Assembly (NCBI GenBank): GCA_965217895.1
Contig: CBDCJV010000002.1
Coordinates: 3,904,001-3,968,000, forward strand
Length of the DNA: 64,000 nt
Source of the DNA: Waterburya sp.
GTDB lineage: Bacteria > Cyanobacteriota > Cyanobacteriia > Cyanobacteriales > Xenococcaceae
Direction: 5' to 3'
The notes under the pieces were generated by a model. That model worked only from the letters and a program-made list of their open reading frames with translations, did not search any database and was not told where the DNA came from. Shown here piece after piece: positions 43,394 to 55,046 of the stretch (positions are counted from its first letter, which is position 1; the number at the start of each line of letters is the position of its first letter). Both the position numbers and the translations under genes were made by a program.

Positions 43394-43630
43394 AAGCTCT
43401 TAGCTCTTAGCTAAAAGCTAAGAGCTTCAGAAGATTACTTAAGTAAAAGGCTAACAGCTACACGGCTTCGCCGAAGCGCGCAAAGTGCGCTTGTTACGCT
43501 TTGCGTAACGTGCTATTGGGTTTAAGACCCCCAAACTTATTTGGTGGTCTGTAATTGGGAGAGGTCTAAAACCTCTTCTAATTAAGCTAATAGCTAATAG
43601 CTAACGGCTAATAGCTAGGGCGAAGCCCTT
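43394..43630. repeat. Intergenic cluster of heptamer tandem repeats (GCTAATA/GCTCTTA type) and short palindromic repeats
   Basis: gctaatagctaatagctaacggctaatagcta at ~43586-43617; aagctcttagct...agctaagagctt hairpin. Confidence 0.65.
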
Positions 43631-43748
43631 TATTTGTATTTAAGATTACACATAACTACAAGTAGATTTAATTTTCTATAGTTACAGAGTATTAAGTTCA
43701 TTCCAGGCACTAAGATGTTCTAATTGTGGAAGAGACTTATAGCAAAGG

Positions 43749-44870
43749 TTGTTCATCAAGGCTGGGGAGGATATGACAGATAATCTGATTACGATTGCCG
43801 CCAATCAATTTAAGCCCAAAGATACGATTAAAGATATTCAGCAATATGGTAGCGGTAACATCAACAGCACTTTTTTAGTTACCTTAGATGACCAAAAACC
43901 ATTTATTCTTCAAAGATTGAACACTACGGTATTCACTCAGCCAAAATTAGTCATGGACAATATTTGTATTTTGTCTGACTATGTTCGTCAAAGATTAAAG
44001 TCTGATCGTATTCCCCAAAATCGCCGTTGGCTATTTCCTCAAGTCTTGTTAACTTCAGAGCAAAAAAATCATTGGAAAGCAGCAGATGGTTCTTTCTGGC
44101 GCGCCATAAGCTTTATTGATAATTCCCAGTCTTTTGACACCATTCAAGATTTTCAACACGGACAAGAAATTGGTTATGGGTTGGGTATGTTTCACCGCAT
44201 GGTTAGTAAATTGTCAGTTGAACAATTAGCCGATACCTTAGCAGGATTTCACATTACCCCTGAATATCTCCAGCATTACAATTCTGTGCTGGCTAAGGCT
44301 AAAGTCAAACAGTCCCCTGAGATTAATTATTGCTTAAAATTCATTCGCGATCGCCCTACTTTGCCTTATATTCTCGAACAAGCTAAAGCAACAGCCAAAC
44401 TCAAGCTGAGAATAATTCATGGCGATCCTAAAATTAATAATATTATGATCGATTGTTCTACCAAACAGGCAGTAGCCATGATTGATTTAGATACGGTAAA
44501 ACCTGGTTTAATTCATTATGATATTGGGGATTGTTTGCGCTCAGGCTGCAATCGATTAGGAGAAGAAACCAGTAGCTGGGAAAAGGTATCATTTGAACCA
44601 GATTTGGCAGAGGCTATTTTAAGAGGTTATCTAAAGGTGGCACAGAATTTTCTCACCGCCCATGATTATGAATATATTTACGATTCAATCCGTTTACTGG
44701 CTTTTGAATTAGGATTACGATTTTTTACAGACTACTTAGAAGACAATGTTTATTTTAATGTTAAACGCGCAGAACACAATTTAGCTAGAGCTTTGGTTCA
44801 GTTCAAGCTTACTGAGAGTATAGAAGCACAAGCAACAGCAATACAGCAGATAGTTGACTATTTGCGATGA
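43749..44870 (+). CDS. APH-family phosphotransferase (N-acetylhexosamine kinase-like); start likely MTDNL at 43773
   Basis: GSGNINST, IHGDPKINN and IDLDTV motifs. Confidence 0.9.
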   Translation: MFIKAGEDMTDNLITIAANQFKPKDTIKDIQQYGSGNINSTFLVTLDDQKPFILQRLNTTVFTQPKLVMDNICILSDYVRQRLKSDRIPQNRRWLFPQVLLTSEQKNHWKAADGSFWRAISFIDNSQSFDTIQDFQHGQEIGYGLGMFHRMVSKLSVEQLADTLAGFHITPEYLQHYNSVLAKAKVKQSPEINYCLKFIRDRPTLPYILEQAKATAKLKLRIIHGDPKINNIMIDCSTKQAVAMIDLDTVKPGLIHYDIGDCLRSGCNRLGEETSSWEKVSFEPDLAEAILRGYLKVAQNFLTAHDYEYIYDSIRLLAFELGLRFFTDYLEDNVYFNVKRAEHNLARALVQFKLTESIEAQATAIQQIVDYLR

Positions 44871-45397
44871 AAAAGTCTAATTTTTCTTTAATCCCATTTT
44901 CGGCAAATACTGCACCCAATATTGAGATTACTGGTAATATCTCACGGCAGCGTAATCAATTAAATATTCAATATCTTGTAAGCAATTTAGCAGCAATTGT
45001 AATGCCGATATCCAAAGCGAATCCTACTCGGCAAAACAATCTTTGGGAACATACTTGTTTTGAGTTTTTTTTGGGACTAAAAGACACGGACAAATACTGG
45101 GAATTTAATCTCTCGCCTTCGGGAGATTGGAATGTTTTTCGCTTTTTAAAGTATCGCCACAATATAGCTGAGGAAACAATTTTCAATTCATTACTCTTTA
45201 ACTTACAACAGGTAAATATACTAGAGCTAGCTCTGGAAATTGACCTTGATAAAATCATTGACCCCAAACAAGATTTAGAGGTTGGTATTACTGCCGTAAT
45301 TAAAAATCAGGACGCTCAACTTAGTTATTGGGCATTAAATCATCCAGCCTCTAAAGCAGATTTTCATAATCGAGCTAGTTTTGCTATTGATTTGTAA
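44867..45397 (+). CDS. DOMON-like domain protein
   Basis: LWEHTCFEFF, YWEFNLSPSGDWN, SYWAL..ADFH. Confidence 0.85.
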   Translation: MKKSNFSLIPFSANTAPNIEITGNISRQRNQLNIQYLVSNLAAIVMPISKANPTRQNNLWEHTCFEFFLGLKDTDKYWEFNLSPSGDWNVFRFLKYRHNIAEETIFNSLLFNLQQVNILELALEIDLDKIIDPKQDLEVGITAVIKNQDAQLSYWALNHPASKADFHNRASFAIDL

Positions 45398-45597
45398 CTT
45401 AATGTTTAGTGAAAATGAGAAAAATATATGAAGATAAAATATTTTTTTGCGTAAAAAAATTAAATACACTAATTTTATTTAAAGTTTTGGGCAGAATAAG
45501 ATTGCCATCAATTTTCAAGACTGCATGATAGTTTTACCGTCATGATAAAAAAGTAGATTCATCTAAATTTAGCCGTTAGAATATAGCAGCAGCTATT

Positions 45598-46344
45598 TTG
45601 ACAAAAAAGCAATATATAATTACAAACAATTTGAGGTCGATGACTGAACTAACTCAAGACTTATCTTTAGCCCAAGCACACTCTTTGATCGATAGCTATG
45701 CTTTTGACTTGGGAGGTGATGATGCTGAGCAACTGCTACGGTATTGGTTAAACATATATCATGCAAGCTGGATCAGATTAGCAACCATTGAAGCTTTATA
45801 TCTGGGACGCTATAAAGCAATTTCTATCCAACATATCTTAAACGTTTGGCTGCGTATTGGTAATCCCAATACTCATTTCACCTTTGAATTTGAAAGGCTA
45901 ATTTGCCGTAAGCTACCAAAACATTTAACTAATTTTTCAGATCTAAGCGATGATGAAACTCAAACGGCTACCGATCCTCAGACAGAAATTACTTTTTCTG
46001 CTAACGACGAGCTTGTCTGTGATGCTAAAGAATTAGATCACCAACAAATTACAACATCTTTGACTGAGGTTAAGCCGACTCAAGCAGAAATTAGCCAACC
46101 AGAAAACGCTACTTCGGCTAATGATAGTTTAAATCTAGCCAAAGCTTTGGGAAATTTAAATAGCTCAGATACTCCGTCTAGCAATATTCCTCTGATTTCA
46201 GCTTTGGGACTTCCTAGCAAATCTGATTGGTCTGAATTTACTATCGGTAATAAAATAATTCATCAGTTTATTCCTTTGCCAGATGTATCTTCCTTTTTTA
46301 ATAAGCTCAAAACATTTGGCGAAGAAAAGTTAGAAGGGCAGTGA
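45598..46344 (+). CDS. Hypothetical protein (cyanobacterial type)
   Basis: WIRLATIEALYLGRYKAISI and IHQFIP motifs. Confidence 0.75.
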   Translation: MTKKQYIITNNLRSMTELTQDLSLAQAHSLIDSYAFDLGGDDAEQLLRYWLNIYHASWIRLATIEALYLGRYKAISIQHILNVWLRIGNPNTHFTFEFERLICRKLPKHLTNFSDLSDDETQTATDPQTEITFSANDELVCDAKELDHQQITTSLTEVKPTQAEISQPENATSANDSLNLAKALGNLNSSDTPSSNIPLISALGLPSKSDWSEFTIGNKIIHQFIPLPDVSSFFNKLKTFGEEKLEGQ

Positions 46345-46395
46345 TTCATATTACAATATGTAAAGGTAAATCTGCTTTTCGGGAATATAAATTTA

Positions 46396-47850
46396 ATGCG
46401 AGTAGCAATCGTTGGTGCAGGGTTAGCAGGCATGGCAACAGCTATAGATTTAGTTGATGCGGGTGCTGAGGTAGAAATCTTTGAATCTCGCCCTTTTGTC
46501 GGTGGAAAAGTTGGCAGTTGGCTAGACAAAGATGGAAATCATCTAGAAATGGGTTTGCACGTTTTCTTTGGCTGCTACTATAACCTGTTTGGCTTAATGG
46601 AAAAAGTAGGTGCGATCAATAATCTTCGGCTTAAACAACATACTCATACGTTTATTAACAAAGGTGGTAGAGTAGGCGAGCTAGATTTTCGTTTCCTTAC
46701 GGGCGCACCTTTTAATGGTCTTAAAGCTTTTTTTACTACTTCTCAGTTGACCGCAGCAGACAAGATAGCAAACTCTCTGGCTTTGGGTACAAGTCCAATT
46801 GTCAGAGCATTAATTGACTCGGAAGGCGCAATGAATACTATTCGCGGTTTGGACTCAATTAGCTTTGCTGATTGGTTTCGTAGCCATGGGGGAAACAACG
46901 GCAGCTTAAGAAAGATGTGGGATCCTATTGCCTATGCTTTAGGTTTTATTGATACAGAAAACATTTCTGCGCGCTGTATGTTAACTATTTTTCAGTTTTT
47001 CGCTACAAAAACTGAAGCCTCTATTTTACGAATGTTAGAAGGCTCTCCTAGTGAATATTTACACAAGCCTATTGTTGATTATTTAGAAGCAAAAGGTGCG
47101 AAGATTCATACTCGTCGTCGGGTGAGAGAAATTTTATTTGCAGATTCCCAAGACACCACGCAAGTTACAGGAATCGTGGTAGCTAATGGAGAAACAGAAG
47201 AAACAATTCGTGCCGATGCTTATGTTTGCGCTTGTGATGTTCCAGGAATTAAAAAAGTAATTCCCCCGCAGTGGCGTAAATGGTCTGAGTTTGACAATAT
47301 TTACAAACTTGATGCCGTTCCTGTAGCGACAGTACAGCTACGTTTTGATGGCTGGGTTACAGAGCTTAACGATGCAGCTAATCGCCAGCAGCTACAAGCT
47401 GTGGGCATTGATAATTTGCTCTATACTCCTGATGCTGACTTTTCTTGTTTTGCAGATCTGGCTTTAACAAGTCCAGGAGATTACTATAAACCAGGAGAAG
47501 GTTCTTTACTGCAGTTAGTTTTAACTCCAGGGGATCCTTTTATCAAAGAAAAAAATGAAGACATTGCCCAGCATATTTTAGAACAGGTACATCAGCTTTT
47601 TCCTTCTTCTAGGAAGCTAAATATGACCTGGTATAGCGTGGTCAAGCTAGCTGAATCCCTTTATCGTGAAGCACCAGGAATGGATCTTTATCGTCCGCCT
47701 CAGCAAACTCCTGTAGCTAATTTCTTTCTTGCTGGTAGCTATACCCAACAGGATTATATTGATAGCATGGAAGGAGCGACTTTATCAGGGAAGCAAGCAG
47801 CTAAGGTGATTTTAGCAAACGCAGAACAGCTAAAAGCAGTAATGGTATAG
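46396..47850 (+). CDS. zds: Zeta-carotene desaturase
   Basis: GAGLAG FAD motif, [22 protein letters not shown]. Confidence 0.95.
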   Translation: MRVAIVGAGLAGMATAIDLVDAGAEVEIFESRPFVGGKVGSWLDKDGNHLEMGLHVFFGCYYNLFGLMEKVGAINNLRLKQHTHTFINKGGRVGELDFRFLTGAPFNGLKAFFTTSQLTAADKIANSLALGTSPIVRALIDSEGAMNTIRGLDSISFADWFRSHGGNNGSLRKMWDPIAYALGFIDTENISARCMLTIFQFFATKTEASILRMLEGSPSEYLHKPIVDYLEAKGAKIHTRRRVREILFADSQDTTQVTGIVVANGETEETIRADAYVCACDVPGIKKVIPPQWRKWSEFDNIYKLDAVPVATVQLRFDGWVTELNDAANRQQLQAVGIDNLLYTPDADFSCFADLALTSPGDYYKPGEGSLLQLVLTPGDPFIKEKNEDIAQHILEQVHQLFPSSRKLNMTWYSVVKLAESLYREAPGMDLYRPPQQTPVANFFLAGSYTQQDYIDSMEGATLSGKQAAKVILANAEQLKAVMV

Positions 47851-47890
47851 TTTTAGTTTAATCTGTTAAAAACACTCAACTCTCAAAACA

Positions 47891-48343
47891 ATGGCAGACT
47901 GGCTAGAACATACTGTACAAATAGAAGTTCCCGTACCCATAGAACTTGTATGGAGTCTCTGGTCAGATCTCGAACAGATGACTATTTGGATGAAGTGGAT
48001 TGAGTCAGTCAAAATTTTAGAAGATAATCCTGAGCTATCTCGTTGGAAATTAGCCAGTGGGAACTTCAATTTTACTTGGCTGTCTCGTATTGTTCAGGTT
48101 GTACCACAGCAGATTATTGAATGGCAATCTGTTGATGGTTTACCAAATAAAGGAGCTATTCGTTTTTATGCTCGCAAAAATAATAGTAGCGTTGTTAAAA
48201 TGACTTTTGCCTATGCTATACCTGGAATTATTGGCAAACTAATGGATAGCTTAATCGGTAACATTGTTGAATCTACCGTTATGGCGGATTTAGAGCGTTT
48301 TAAGGAATATGCTATTAAAGCTCAGGCAGAATCTGAGCAGTAG
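47891..48343 (+). CDS. SRPBCC / polyketide cyclase family protein
   Basis: MADWLEHTVQIEV...WQSVDGLPNKG; typical zds neighbour. Confidence 0.9.
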   Translation: MADWLEHTVQIEVPVPIELVWSLWSDLEQMTIWMKWIESVKILEDNPELSRWKLASGNFNFTWLSRIVQVVPQQIIEWQSVDGLPNKGAIRFYARKNNSSVVKMTFAYAIPGIIGKLMDSLIGNIVESTVMADLERFKEYAIKAQAESEQ

Positions 48344-48937
48344 GATTCCATAAGGCGATCTGCATATTTTTGATTTCTCGAATATTTGACCGACTTACCT
48401 TTTGCATAGAAAGTTCAATCTCTCAAGCATGAGCCTTCACGGCGATTTGTTCTTCTTTTTTATTTTTACATAAGACTACCAAGATTTAATGTCAAGCATC
48501 TATTAAATCGCATTTAGTTTGAGCGTTTTTAAAGATACCGCTTCGCATATAGCAAGTTTTAATTTAACACTATTTTGTATTCATTAAAACTCTTTTCAAT
48601 GTGGAAGGAGTTGAATTTTGCATAGACTTATATTGAAGACGCAAAAACAGCAGATTCTCAACCCTATGCTGAATTGTTGGAAATATTAGGAACTGTCGAA
48701 ATCTTTAGGGGGGTCGCACCGCAATCCTCAGTCCCTAATCGCAATTTGAACCATCTTATATTTAATTACAACCACCTACTTATTTAGATCTAAATCACAG
48801 CTTTTTTATTAATTTGCCTTTAATTTATAAATACCATATTAATTATTCGAGCAGTTGGATAAATTTAATTATCTGAAATTTATCCAGCTTAATAAAATCG
48901 CCCTATTTAATAAATTGTCAAACCAACTGCATATTGA

Positions 48938-51463
48938 TTGGTAATTAATAAAATGTTCTATGAAATGCAATTTAAGCCAGGGAAAATAGTTCAGCTAACT
49001 GAAAATATTTGTGACTCTAGCTCTATACTCTTATTAGAAAAAATATATGATGTAGCTATTATTTTTGATGATAGTCGAAATTGTATCTTCTTAAATTCTG
49101 CTGCTGAACAAGTGTTAGGCGATCGCGCCGATATTTCTCTCATAGGCGACTGGATTCGCTCTAAAACTCAAGATATCGTACAACAAGCTATGAGTTTTAA
49201 GGTAGAAGAATTGCCCTTAAGAATTAATGCCCTTGAAGATAATCAGTTTGATGAATTGGAAGTAAGCCTAAGTAAGCTAGAGATGTCAGAGGAATTTTTG
49301 CAAGAGTTAAACCAGCAAAAATCATTAGCTATTCGAGAACCAAAAGTCAAGCCTGAATATGCACCCGTAGAAGAGATCATCGATTTTCCAGATGCAAAGG
49401 GTGTCATTTGCGATCGCCTGACGGGCTTGCCTAACTATAATTTGTTGTTAGAAAATATTGAACAAGAAATATGTTTTGCTCAAGAAAAGTTGGGGTACGA
49501 ATTTGTAATTTTATTTGTCGATATTAATCGTTTCAAAGTAATTAATAGTAGCTTGGGGAGAATTTTAGGCGATCGCCTGTTAATAGCCATTTCTGAAAGG
49601 TTACAGACTTGTTTGCGCTCTCACGATTTTATTGCCCGCATGGGGAATGACGAATTTGCTATTCTACTAAGTAATGTTGAACATTTAAACTATGCAACTA
49701 ATGTTGCCGAAAGAATCCAGCGAGAGCTAAGTATACCTTTTAATCTCGGTGGTTATGAGGTTTTTATTGAAGCTAGTATTGGTATTGCTCCAGGAAATAA
49801 AGATTATACTAAACCCGAATATTTATTAAGAGATGCTGAACTAGCGGTATCTGATGCCAAAAGGCATAGTAAATCTCGTTATCAAATATTTAATCAGTCA
49901 ATGCGTGGTAAAGCATTGACTCTGCTACAGCTTGAACACGATTTAAGAAGAGCGATTAAGCGTCAAGAATTTATTCTGCACTATCAGCCCATAATATCTT
50001 TGGGAAGTAATCAAATAAAAGGTTTTGAAGTATTGGTACGTTGGCGACATCCAGAAAAGGGATTGATTTCCCCTGGCAAGTTTATTCCTCTAGCAGAAGA
50101 CACGGGATTAATTATTCCTCTTGGTTTTTGGGTACTAGAAGAAGCTTGCAGACAGATGTATGACTGGCAAGTCAAGTTTGGTGCTTTAGCTGATTGGAAA
50201 GTTAGCGTCAACATCTCAAGTAAACAGCTAGCTTTACCTAATTTTGTTGCCCAGGTTAAGCAGGTTTTACAAGAAACTAAGTTAAATCCCTATAACCTCA
50301 AGCTAGAAATTACCGAAAGCTCTTTGGTAGAAGACACCCAGCATACAATTGCCATTCTTAAAGAGTTAAAAGCTATTGGCATTGAATTTTCTCTAGATGA
50401 TTTTGGCACTGGTTATTCTTCTTTGAGTTATCTGCACCAATTTCCCTTTGATACTATAAAAATTGACCGTTCTTTTGTAAATACTATCGGTGACAACGTT
50501 GAAAAATCAGGCATTGTGCGCGCAATTGTCACTCTCGCTCGTAATTTAGGCATGGATACCATAGCTGAAGGTATTGAAACAGTTAATCAATTAGCACAAT
50601 TAAAAGCTTTAAAATGCGAGTATGGTCAAGGATTTTATTTATCCAAACCCTTAGATAAAGATATTTTTGAGAGTATTATTGCTGCTGAAATTACTAGTCC
50701 AAGCCTAACAGAGATAGAAGATTATAATTCCCTTTTAGATGAACAGATTGCTAGAGAGCAATTATTATTTCAAATCGAACATTTACGTCAAGAGTTGGCG
50801 GAAGTTAAGTTAGAAAAGGCAGATCTAGAAATCATGCTAGAAACTACTACCGAACACGCAGACTTGGTAGAGGCACAGCTACACAGTGAAATTTGCGATC
50901 GCCAGAAAGCACAGGCTGCTCTAAGTCTGGCAAATAGAGAATTAGAGAAACTAAGCGTTCTCGATAGCTTAACCCAGGTGGCAAATCGTCGTCGATTTGA
51001 TGATTATCTAATTACCGAATGGCAGAAGCTCAAACAAGAACAAGCTCCTTTAGCACTGATTTTATGTGATATAGACTATTTCAAATTCTACAATGATACT
51101 TATGGTCATCCCATTGGGGATTATTGTTTACAACAGGTAGCATTAGCGATTGAATGTGTAATTGAATCTACTCCTGGTTTGGTAGCTCGTTATGGTGGGG
51201 AAGAGTTTGGAATTATTTTGCCTAATGCTAATAAACAACAAGCCCTGAGAGTAGCTCAAAAGATTGCCGTTAGCGTCAACCAACTGCATATTACTCATCA
51301 AAATTCTTTGGTTAGTGAATATGTGACTATTAGTCTAGGTGTACATAGCTTAATACCTGACTCTGACACTGCACCCGACCTTCTGGTTGCTCTAGCAGAT
51401 AAAGCACTTTATGAAGCAAAAGAGCAAGGAAGAAATCAAGCTTGTTTATATACCGCCGAATGA
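48938..51463 (+). CDS. GGDEF-EAL-coiled coil-GGDEF cyclic di-GMP enzyme
   Basis: First GGDEF domain GNDEF, EVL..DDFGTGYSSL EAL domain, terminal RYGGEEF domain. Confidence 0.93.
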   Translation: MVINKMFYEMQFKPGKIVQLTENICDSSSILLLEKIYDVAIIFDDSRNCIFLNSAAEQVLGDRADISLIGDWIRSKTQDIVQQAMSFKVEELPLRINALEDNQFDELEVSLSKLEMSEEFLQELNQQKSLAIREPKVKPEYAPVEEIIDFPDAKGVICDRLTGLPNYNLLLENIEQEICFAQEKLGYEFVILFVDINRFKVINSSLGRILGDRLLIAISERLQTCLRSHDFIARMGNDEFAILLSNVEHLNYATNVAERIQRELSIPFNLGGYEVFIEASIGIAPGNKDYTKPEYLLRDAELAVSDAKRHSKSRYQIFNQSMRGKALTLLQLEHDLRRAIKRQEFILHYQPIISLGSNQIKGFEVLVRWRHPEKGLISPGKFIPLAEDTGLIIPLGFWVLEEACRQMYDWQVKFGALADWKVSVNISSKQLALPNFVAQVKQVLQETKLNPYNLKLEITESSLVEDTQHTIAILKELKAIGIEFSLDDFGTGYSSLSYLHQFPFDTIKIDRSFVNTIGDNVEKSGIVRAIVTLARNLGMDTIAEGIETVNQLAQLKALKCEYGQGFYLSKPLDKDIFESIIAAEITSPSLTEIEDYNSLLDEQIAREQLLFQIEHLRQELAEVKLEKADLEIMLETTTEHADLVEAQLHSEICDRQKAQAALSLANRELEKLSVLDSLTQVANRRRFDDYLITEWQKLKQEQAPLALILCDIDYFKFYNDTYGHPIGDYCLQQVALAIECVIESTPGLVARYGGEEFGIILPNANKQQALRVAQKIAVSVNQLHITHQNSLVSEYVTISLGVHSLIPDSDTAPDLLVALADKALYEAKEQGRNQACLYTAE

Positions 51464-51748
51464 TTAGTAATTACTAATTACTTAATAAAGTAGGCATAAT
51501 TATTTTTAATCTAAACTACAGTTATGGAAATTGCTTTCCTTCAAGTCCAACGGAGTCTTTAAAGCCGTCCGCAATGCAGTTGCGCTTTTTCCTTTTTCTT
51601 TTACTCCTGCCCAGAACTTGATTTTTTGTTTCACTGCGTCAGTCCTAATATACTTTGCTCAGTTTCGACCGATTAAGTCATCTCTGCAATAATAATGTGG
51701 TGTTGAATATTTAAAGCGTTTAAAAACTAAAATTTAGGGGAGAAAACA

Positions 51749-52132
51749 GTGGAGTGGAAAGTAAGAGGCATTCGGGGGGCAACGACTGTAGCTGAAAATA
51801 CGCCCAAGGCGATCGCTGAGGCAGTCAATGAACTATTAGATGAAATTGAGGCACACAATCAGTTTCAGGCAGAAGATATAGTTTGCGTCTTTTTTACTAC
51901 CACTGCCGATCTGGACACTCTGTTTCCTGCTGCTGCTGCCAGGAAACGTCCTGGTTGGAATCATGTCCCTCTAATAGATCTACATCAAATGAAAGTAAAA
52001 GGCAGCTTAGAATATTGCATTAGGATTTTGATTCAAGTCAATACTCTTTATGCTCAATCGGCAATGGTTCATCGTTATTTGCGACAGGCACAGAGTTTAC
52101 GTCCAGACTTAGATATTCAAATGTATAGCTGA
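51749..52132 (+). CDS. aroH: Chorismate mutase, AroH class
   Basis: VRGIRGATT, FPAAAAR, YLRQAQSLRPD. Confidence 0.95.
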   Translation: MEWKVRGIRGATTVAENTPKAIAEAVNELLDEIEAHNQFQAEDIVCVFFTTTADLDTLFPAAAARKRPGWNHVPLIDLHQMKVKGSLEYCIRILIQVNTLYAQSAMVHRYLRQAQSLRPDLDIQMYS

Positions 52133-52154
52133 TAATTAATTTATCTAAAGTAAA

Positions 52155-53084
52155 TTAGATTAGTCTCATTCCCATATTAGAAGGTTCAAATTCAGGATCG
52201 AAAAAAGTTTCGCAATTGTAGGATGCACCTTTAAAATTAGCACCTTGAACTTTGGCATTACGTAGATCCGCCCCTTCAAAGCAGACATTAACAAAATAAC
52301 CGTGTCTTAGATCGGCTTCTCTGAGGTTTGCTTGCTGAAAATTAGACCCTTCTAAATGAGCATCGGTCAAATTAACGTGATTCAAATAAGCCCCTTCAAA
52401 ATCCACTTCTTTGAGAATTGCTTTTTCTAAATTAGCGTTGGTTAAATTAACCAGTTTTAAAGACGAATTACTTAAATTAGCCTGCTTTAATTCTGCACCT
52501 GTCAAATTAGAATGATTAAGATTGACTCCTTTAAGAGTTACATTATTTAGCTTTATTTTTTTTAATTGCGATCTTTGAAAATTAGTTTCTCCTCTAATAT
52601 AATTTTTTAGTAGCTCGTAAGGAGTAGCAAAAGAAGATTTACGGGGCGACCTGTTGTTTCGACCAGGAATCAGCAGATTTTTAACCAAGAAATCGACTGT
52701 TTGTTGCTTAAGAAAACCCATTTCAACTGCTAAGTGATGAAAACGAACTTTTTCTTCTTTATTAGTTTGTTCTTCTAAAATGTAGTTAATTTGTTCTTCG
52801 CTTAAGAGCGCAGCTTGTCTAAAATAGTAAACGAGAGGATATTTTTGTTCTTGAACTATTAGTTCATACCATTTTTCTACAAAAAAGTTAGCAGTTTCTT
52901 GTTTAATCCAACCTCTTAAAGCCATAATTTCGCCAATTTTAAGATTAGGACTTTTAAATTGATCCTGTAAAGCAATTTCAATTTGTTGAGCTGAAATTAA
53001 ACCAGCTTCATTTAAAAGCTGACCTAGAGGTTGCTTATGATGATGATTTAAAACTGAAGAATCAGAGGCTAAAGGTTGATTCAT
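52155..53084 (-). CDS. Pentapeptide repeat protein with N-terminal MshEN-like segments
   Basis: LGQLLNEAGLIS / IGEIMALRGWI; A(N/D)Lxx repeats. Confidence 0.88.
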   Translation of the reverse strand: MNQPLASDSSVLNHHHKQPLGQLLNEAGLISAQQIEIALQDQFKSPNLKIGEIMALRGWIKQETANFFVEKWYELIVQEQKYPLVYYFRQAALLSEEQINYILEEQTNKEEKVRFHHLAVEMGFLKQQTVDFLVKNLLIPGRNNRSPRKSSFATPYELLKNYIRGETNFQRSQLKKIKLNNVTLKGVNLNHSNLTGAELKQANLSNSSLKLVNLTNANLEKAILKEVDFEGAYLNHVNLTDAHLEGSNFQQANLREADLRHGYFVNVCFEGADLRNAKVQGANFKGASYNCETFFDPEFEPSNMGMRLI

Positions 53085-53360
53085 AATTGTCTAAAAACAT
53101 AGTCCAATTATTAAATATTTTTTTAAATGCACAATCATAATTGTGTTTTTTATATTGTTAATTTTAGTCTTCTAAAAAAAGAATCGGCAACAGTAAAAAC
53201 ACTCTTGTTAATCTGTTTTTCTCTATATGGTCAATAACCTTAGCGATCGCAAAGTTGCTTGAATTGGGTTTAATTGTCATAGCTTACACTAGCAAAGCTA
53301 ATCGCAATATAGATAAACTGAAATATAGTTTAGTTTAGATAAAGGATTGATTTAAACAGG

Positions 53361-54833
53361 ATGCAGATCAAAGCAACCAATACAGCATTATTAGACTGGA
53401 CTGGCGACTTGCTAGCAGTTGGTATTTTAGAAGGTGAAACGGAGCTTCTAGGAGACTTAGCTAAATTAAATGAGAAATTAGCAGGGACAATTTCTGAATT
53501 AATTGCTGATGAAGAATTTGAGGGAAAAGCGGCTACTACTGCCATAAGCCGTGTTGGGGGCAAAAACCCCGTGCGTAAAATTGCCTTAGTTGGCTTGGGT
53601 AAAGCCGAGGATTTAAAATTAGATAGCTGGCGTGGCGCAGCAGCAGCGATCGCCCGTCTGGCGACCAAAGAAAAGACTTTAGGAATCAGTTTACCTAACG
53701 GCTCAGAATCAGCAGAAGATATCGCTCAGAGTATTACTGAAGCAATTATTCTTGCTCTTCATCAAGATAATCGCTTTAAATCTGAACCTGAAGATAAAAA
53801 ACCTAAATTAGAAACGGTCGATCTAATTGGCTTGGCAGGACAAGAACAAGCAATCTCCAACGCTCAAATCGTCGCTGATGGTGTAATCTTCGCTAGAGAA
53901 TTAGTTAATGCCCCCGCCAATGAGGTTACTCCAGTAACTATGGCTCAAAAGGCACAACAGCTAGCAAAAGAGTATGGCTTGGAAATAAAAATCTTAGAAC
54001 AAGCAGACTGTGAAAAATTTGAGCAGGGTATGGGTGCATATTTAGGAGTTGGACAAGCATCAGATATACCCCCCAAGTTTATTCATCTGACTTACAAGCC
54101 CCAAGGTACAGCTAAACGTAAAGTAGCCATTGTTGGCAAAAGCGTCACCTTTGATTCTGGCGGACTAAACCTTAAGCCTAGCGGTGGCGGCATTGAAACC
54201 ATGAAAATGGATATGGGCGGTGGTGCAGCTACTCTTGGTGCAGCAAAAGCGATCGCTAGACTTAAGCCTGATGTGGAAGTTCACTTTATCTGTGCTGCTA
54301 CAGAAAACATGATTAGCGGTAAGGCAATGCACCCAGGAGACATTCTTAAAGCCTCAAATGGTAAAACTATTGAGGTTAATAATACCGACGCAGAGGGTAG
54401 ACTTACTTTGGCAGATGCTCTAGTCTATGCAGAAAAATTAGAGGTAGATGCGATCGTCGATCTGGCAACCCTGACTGGGGCTTGTATTGTAGCTTTGGGC
54501 AACAATATTGCTGGACTGTGGAGTACGGACGATACTTTGGCTACAGAAATGAAGCAGGCTGCGGAGTTAGCAGGGGAAAAGTTTTGGCAGCTACCAATGG
54601 AAGAAAAATATTTTGAGGGCTTGAAGTCAGAGATTGCTGACATGAAAAATACTGGGCCCCGTCCTGGTGGTTCAATTACTGCTGCTTTGTTCCTCAAACA
54701 ATTTATCAAAGATACGCCTTGGATGCACTTAGATGTAGCAGGACCAGTTTGGGCAGATTCTCCTAATGGTGTTAACAATAAAGGGGCAACAGGTTTTCCT
54801 GTAAGGACTTTGGTTAACTGGGTAAATGGTTAG
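53361..54833 (+). CDS. pepA: Leucyl aminopeptidase (M17)
   Basis: [33 protein letters not shown]. Confidence 0.97.
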   Translation: MQIKATNTALLDWTGDLLAVGILEGETELLGDLAKLNEKLAGTISELIADEEFEGKAATTAISRVGGKNPVRKIALVGLGKAEDLKLDSWRGAAAAIARLATKEKTLGISLPNGSESAEDIAQSITEAIILALHQDNRFKSEPEDKKPKLETVDLIGLAGQEQAISNAQIVADGVIFARELVNAPANEVTPVTMAQKAQQLAKEYGLEIKILEQADCEKFEQGMGAYLGVGQASDIPPKFIHLTYKPQGTAKRKVAIVGKSVTFDSGGLNLKPSGGGIETMKMDMGGGAATLGAAKAIARLKPDVEVHFICAATENMISGKAMHPGDILKASNGKTIEVNNTDAEGRLTLADALVYAEKLEVDAIVDLATLTGACIVALGNNIAGLWSTDDTLATEMKQAAELAGEKFWQLPMEEKYFEGLKSEIADMKNTGPRPGGSITAALFLKQFIKDTPWMHLDVAGPVWADSPNGVNNKGATGFPVRTLVNWVNG

Positions 54834-55046
54834 ATTTGTTTGGTCGATCTTCGATCTGCTTAAGTCATAGCTGGAAACTGTTTCTTGAAAATTACAAATA
54901 TTGATAAAAATTTAACAAAAGCGTATCCCAGGATACACAATGACTAAAATATAGTTGTTAATTTTGTTAATGAATTTCAATACCAAAACTGAAAATATTG
55001 GTTTAGGATTGAGGCGATCGCCAAAAAGCGATTATTTTTTTAAGGT

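Noticed and set aside
48599..48700. Short coding-like fragment (MWKELNFA*TYIEDAK...) in the intergenic region
   Set aside because: Too short and interrupted to assign to any family from sequence alone.
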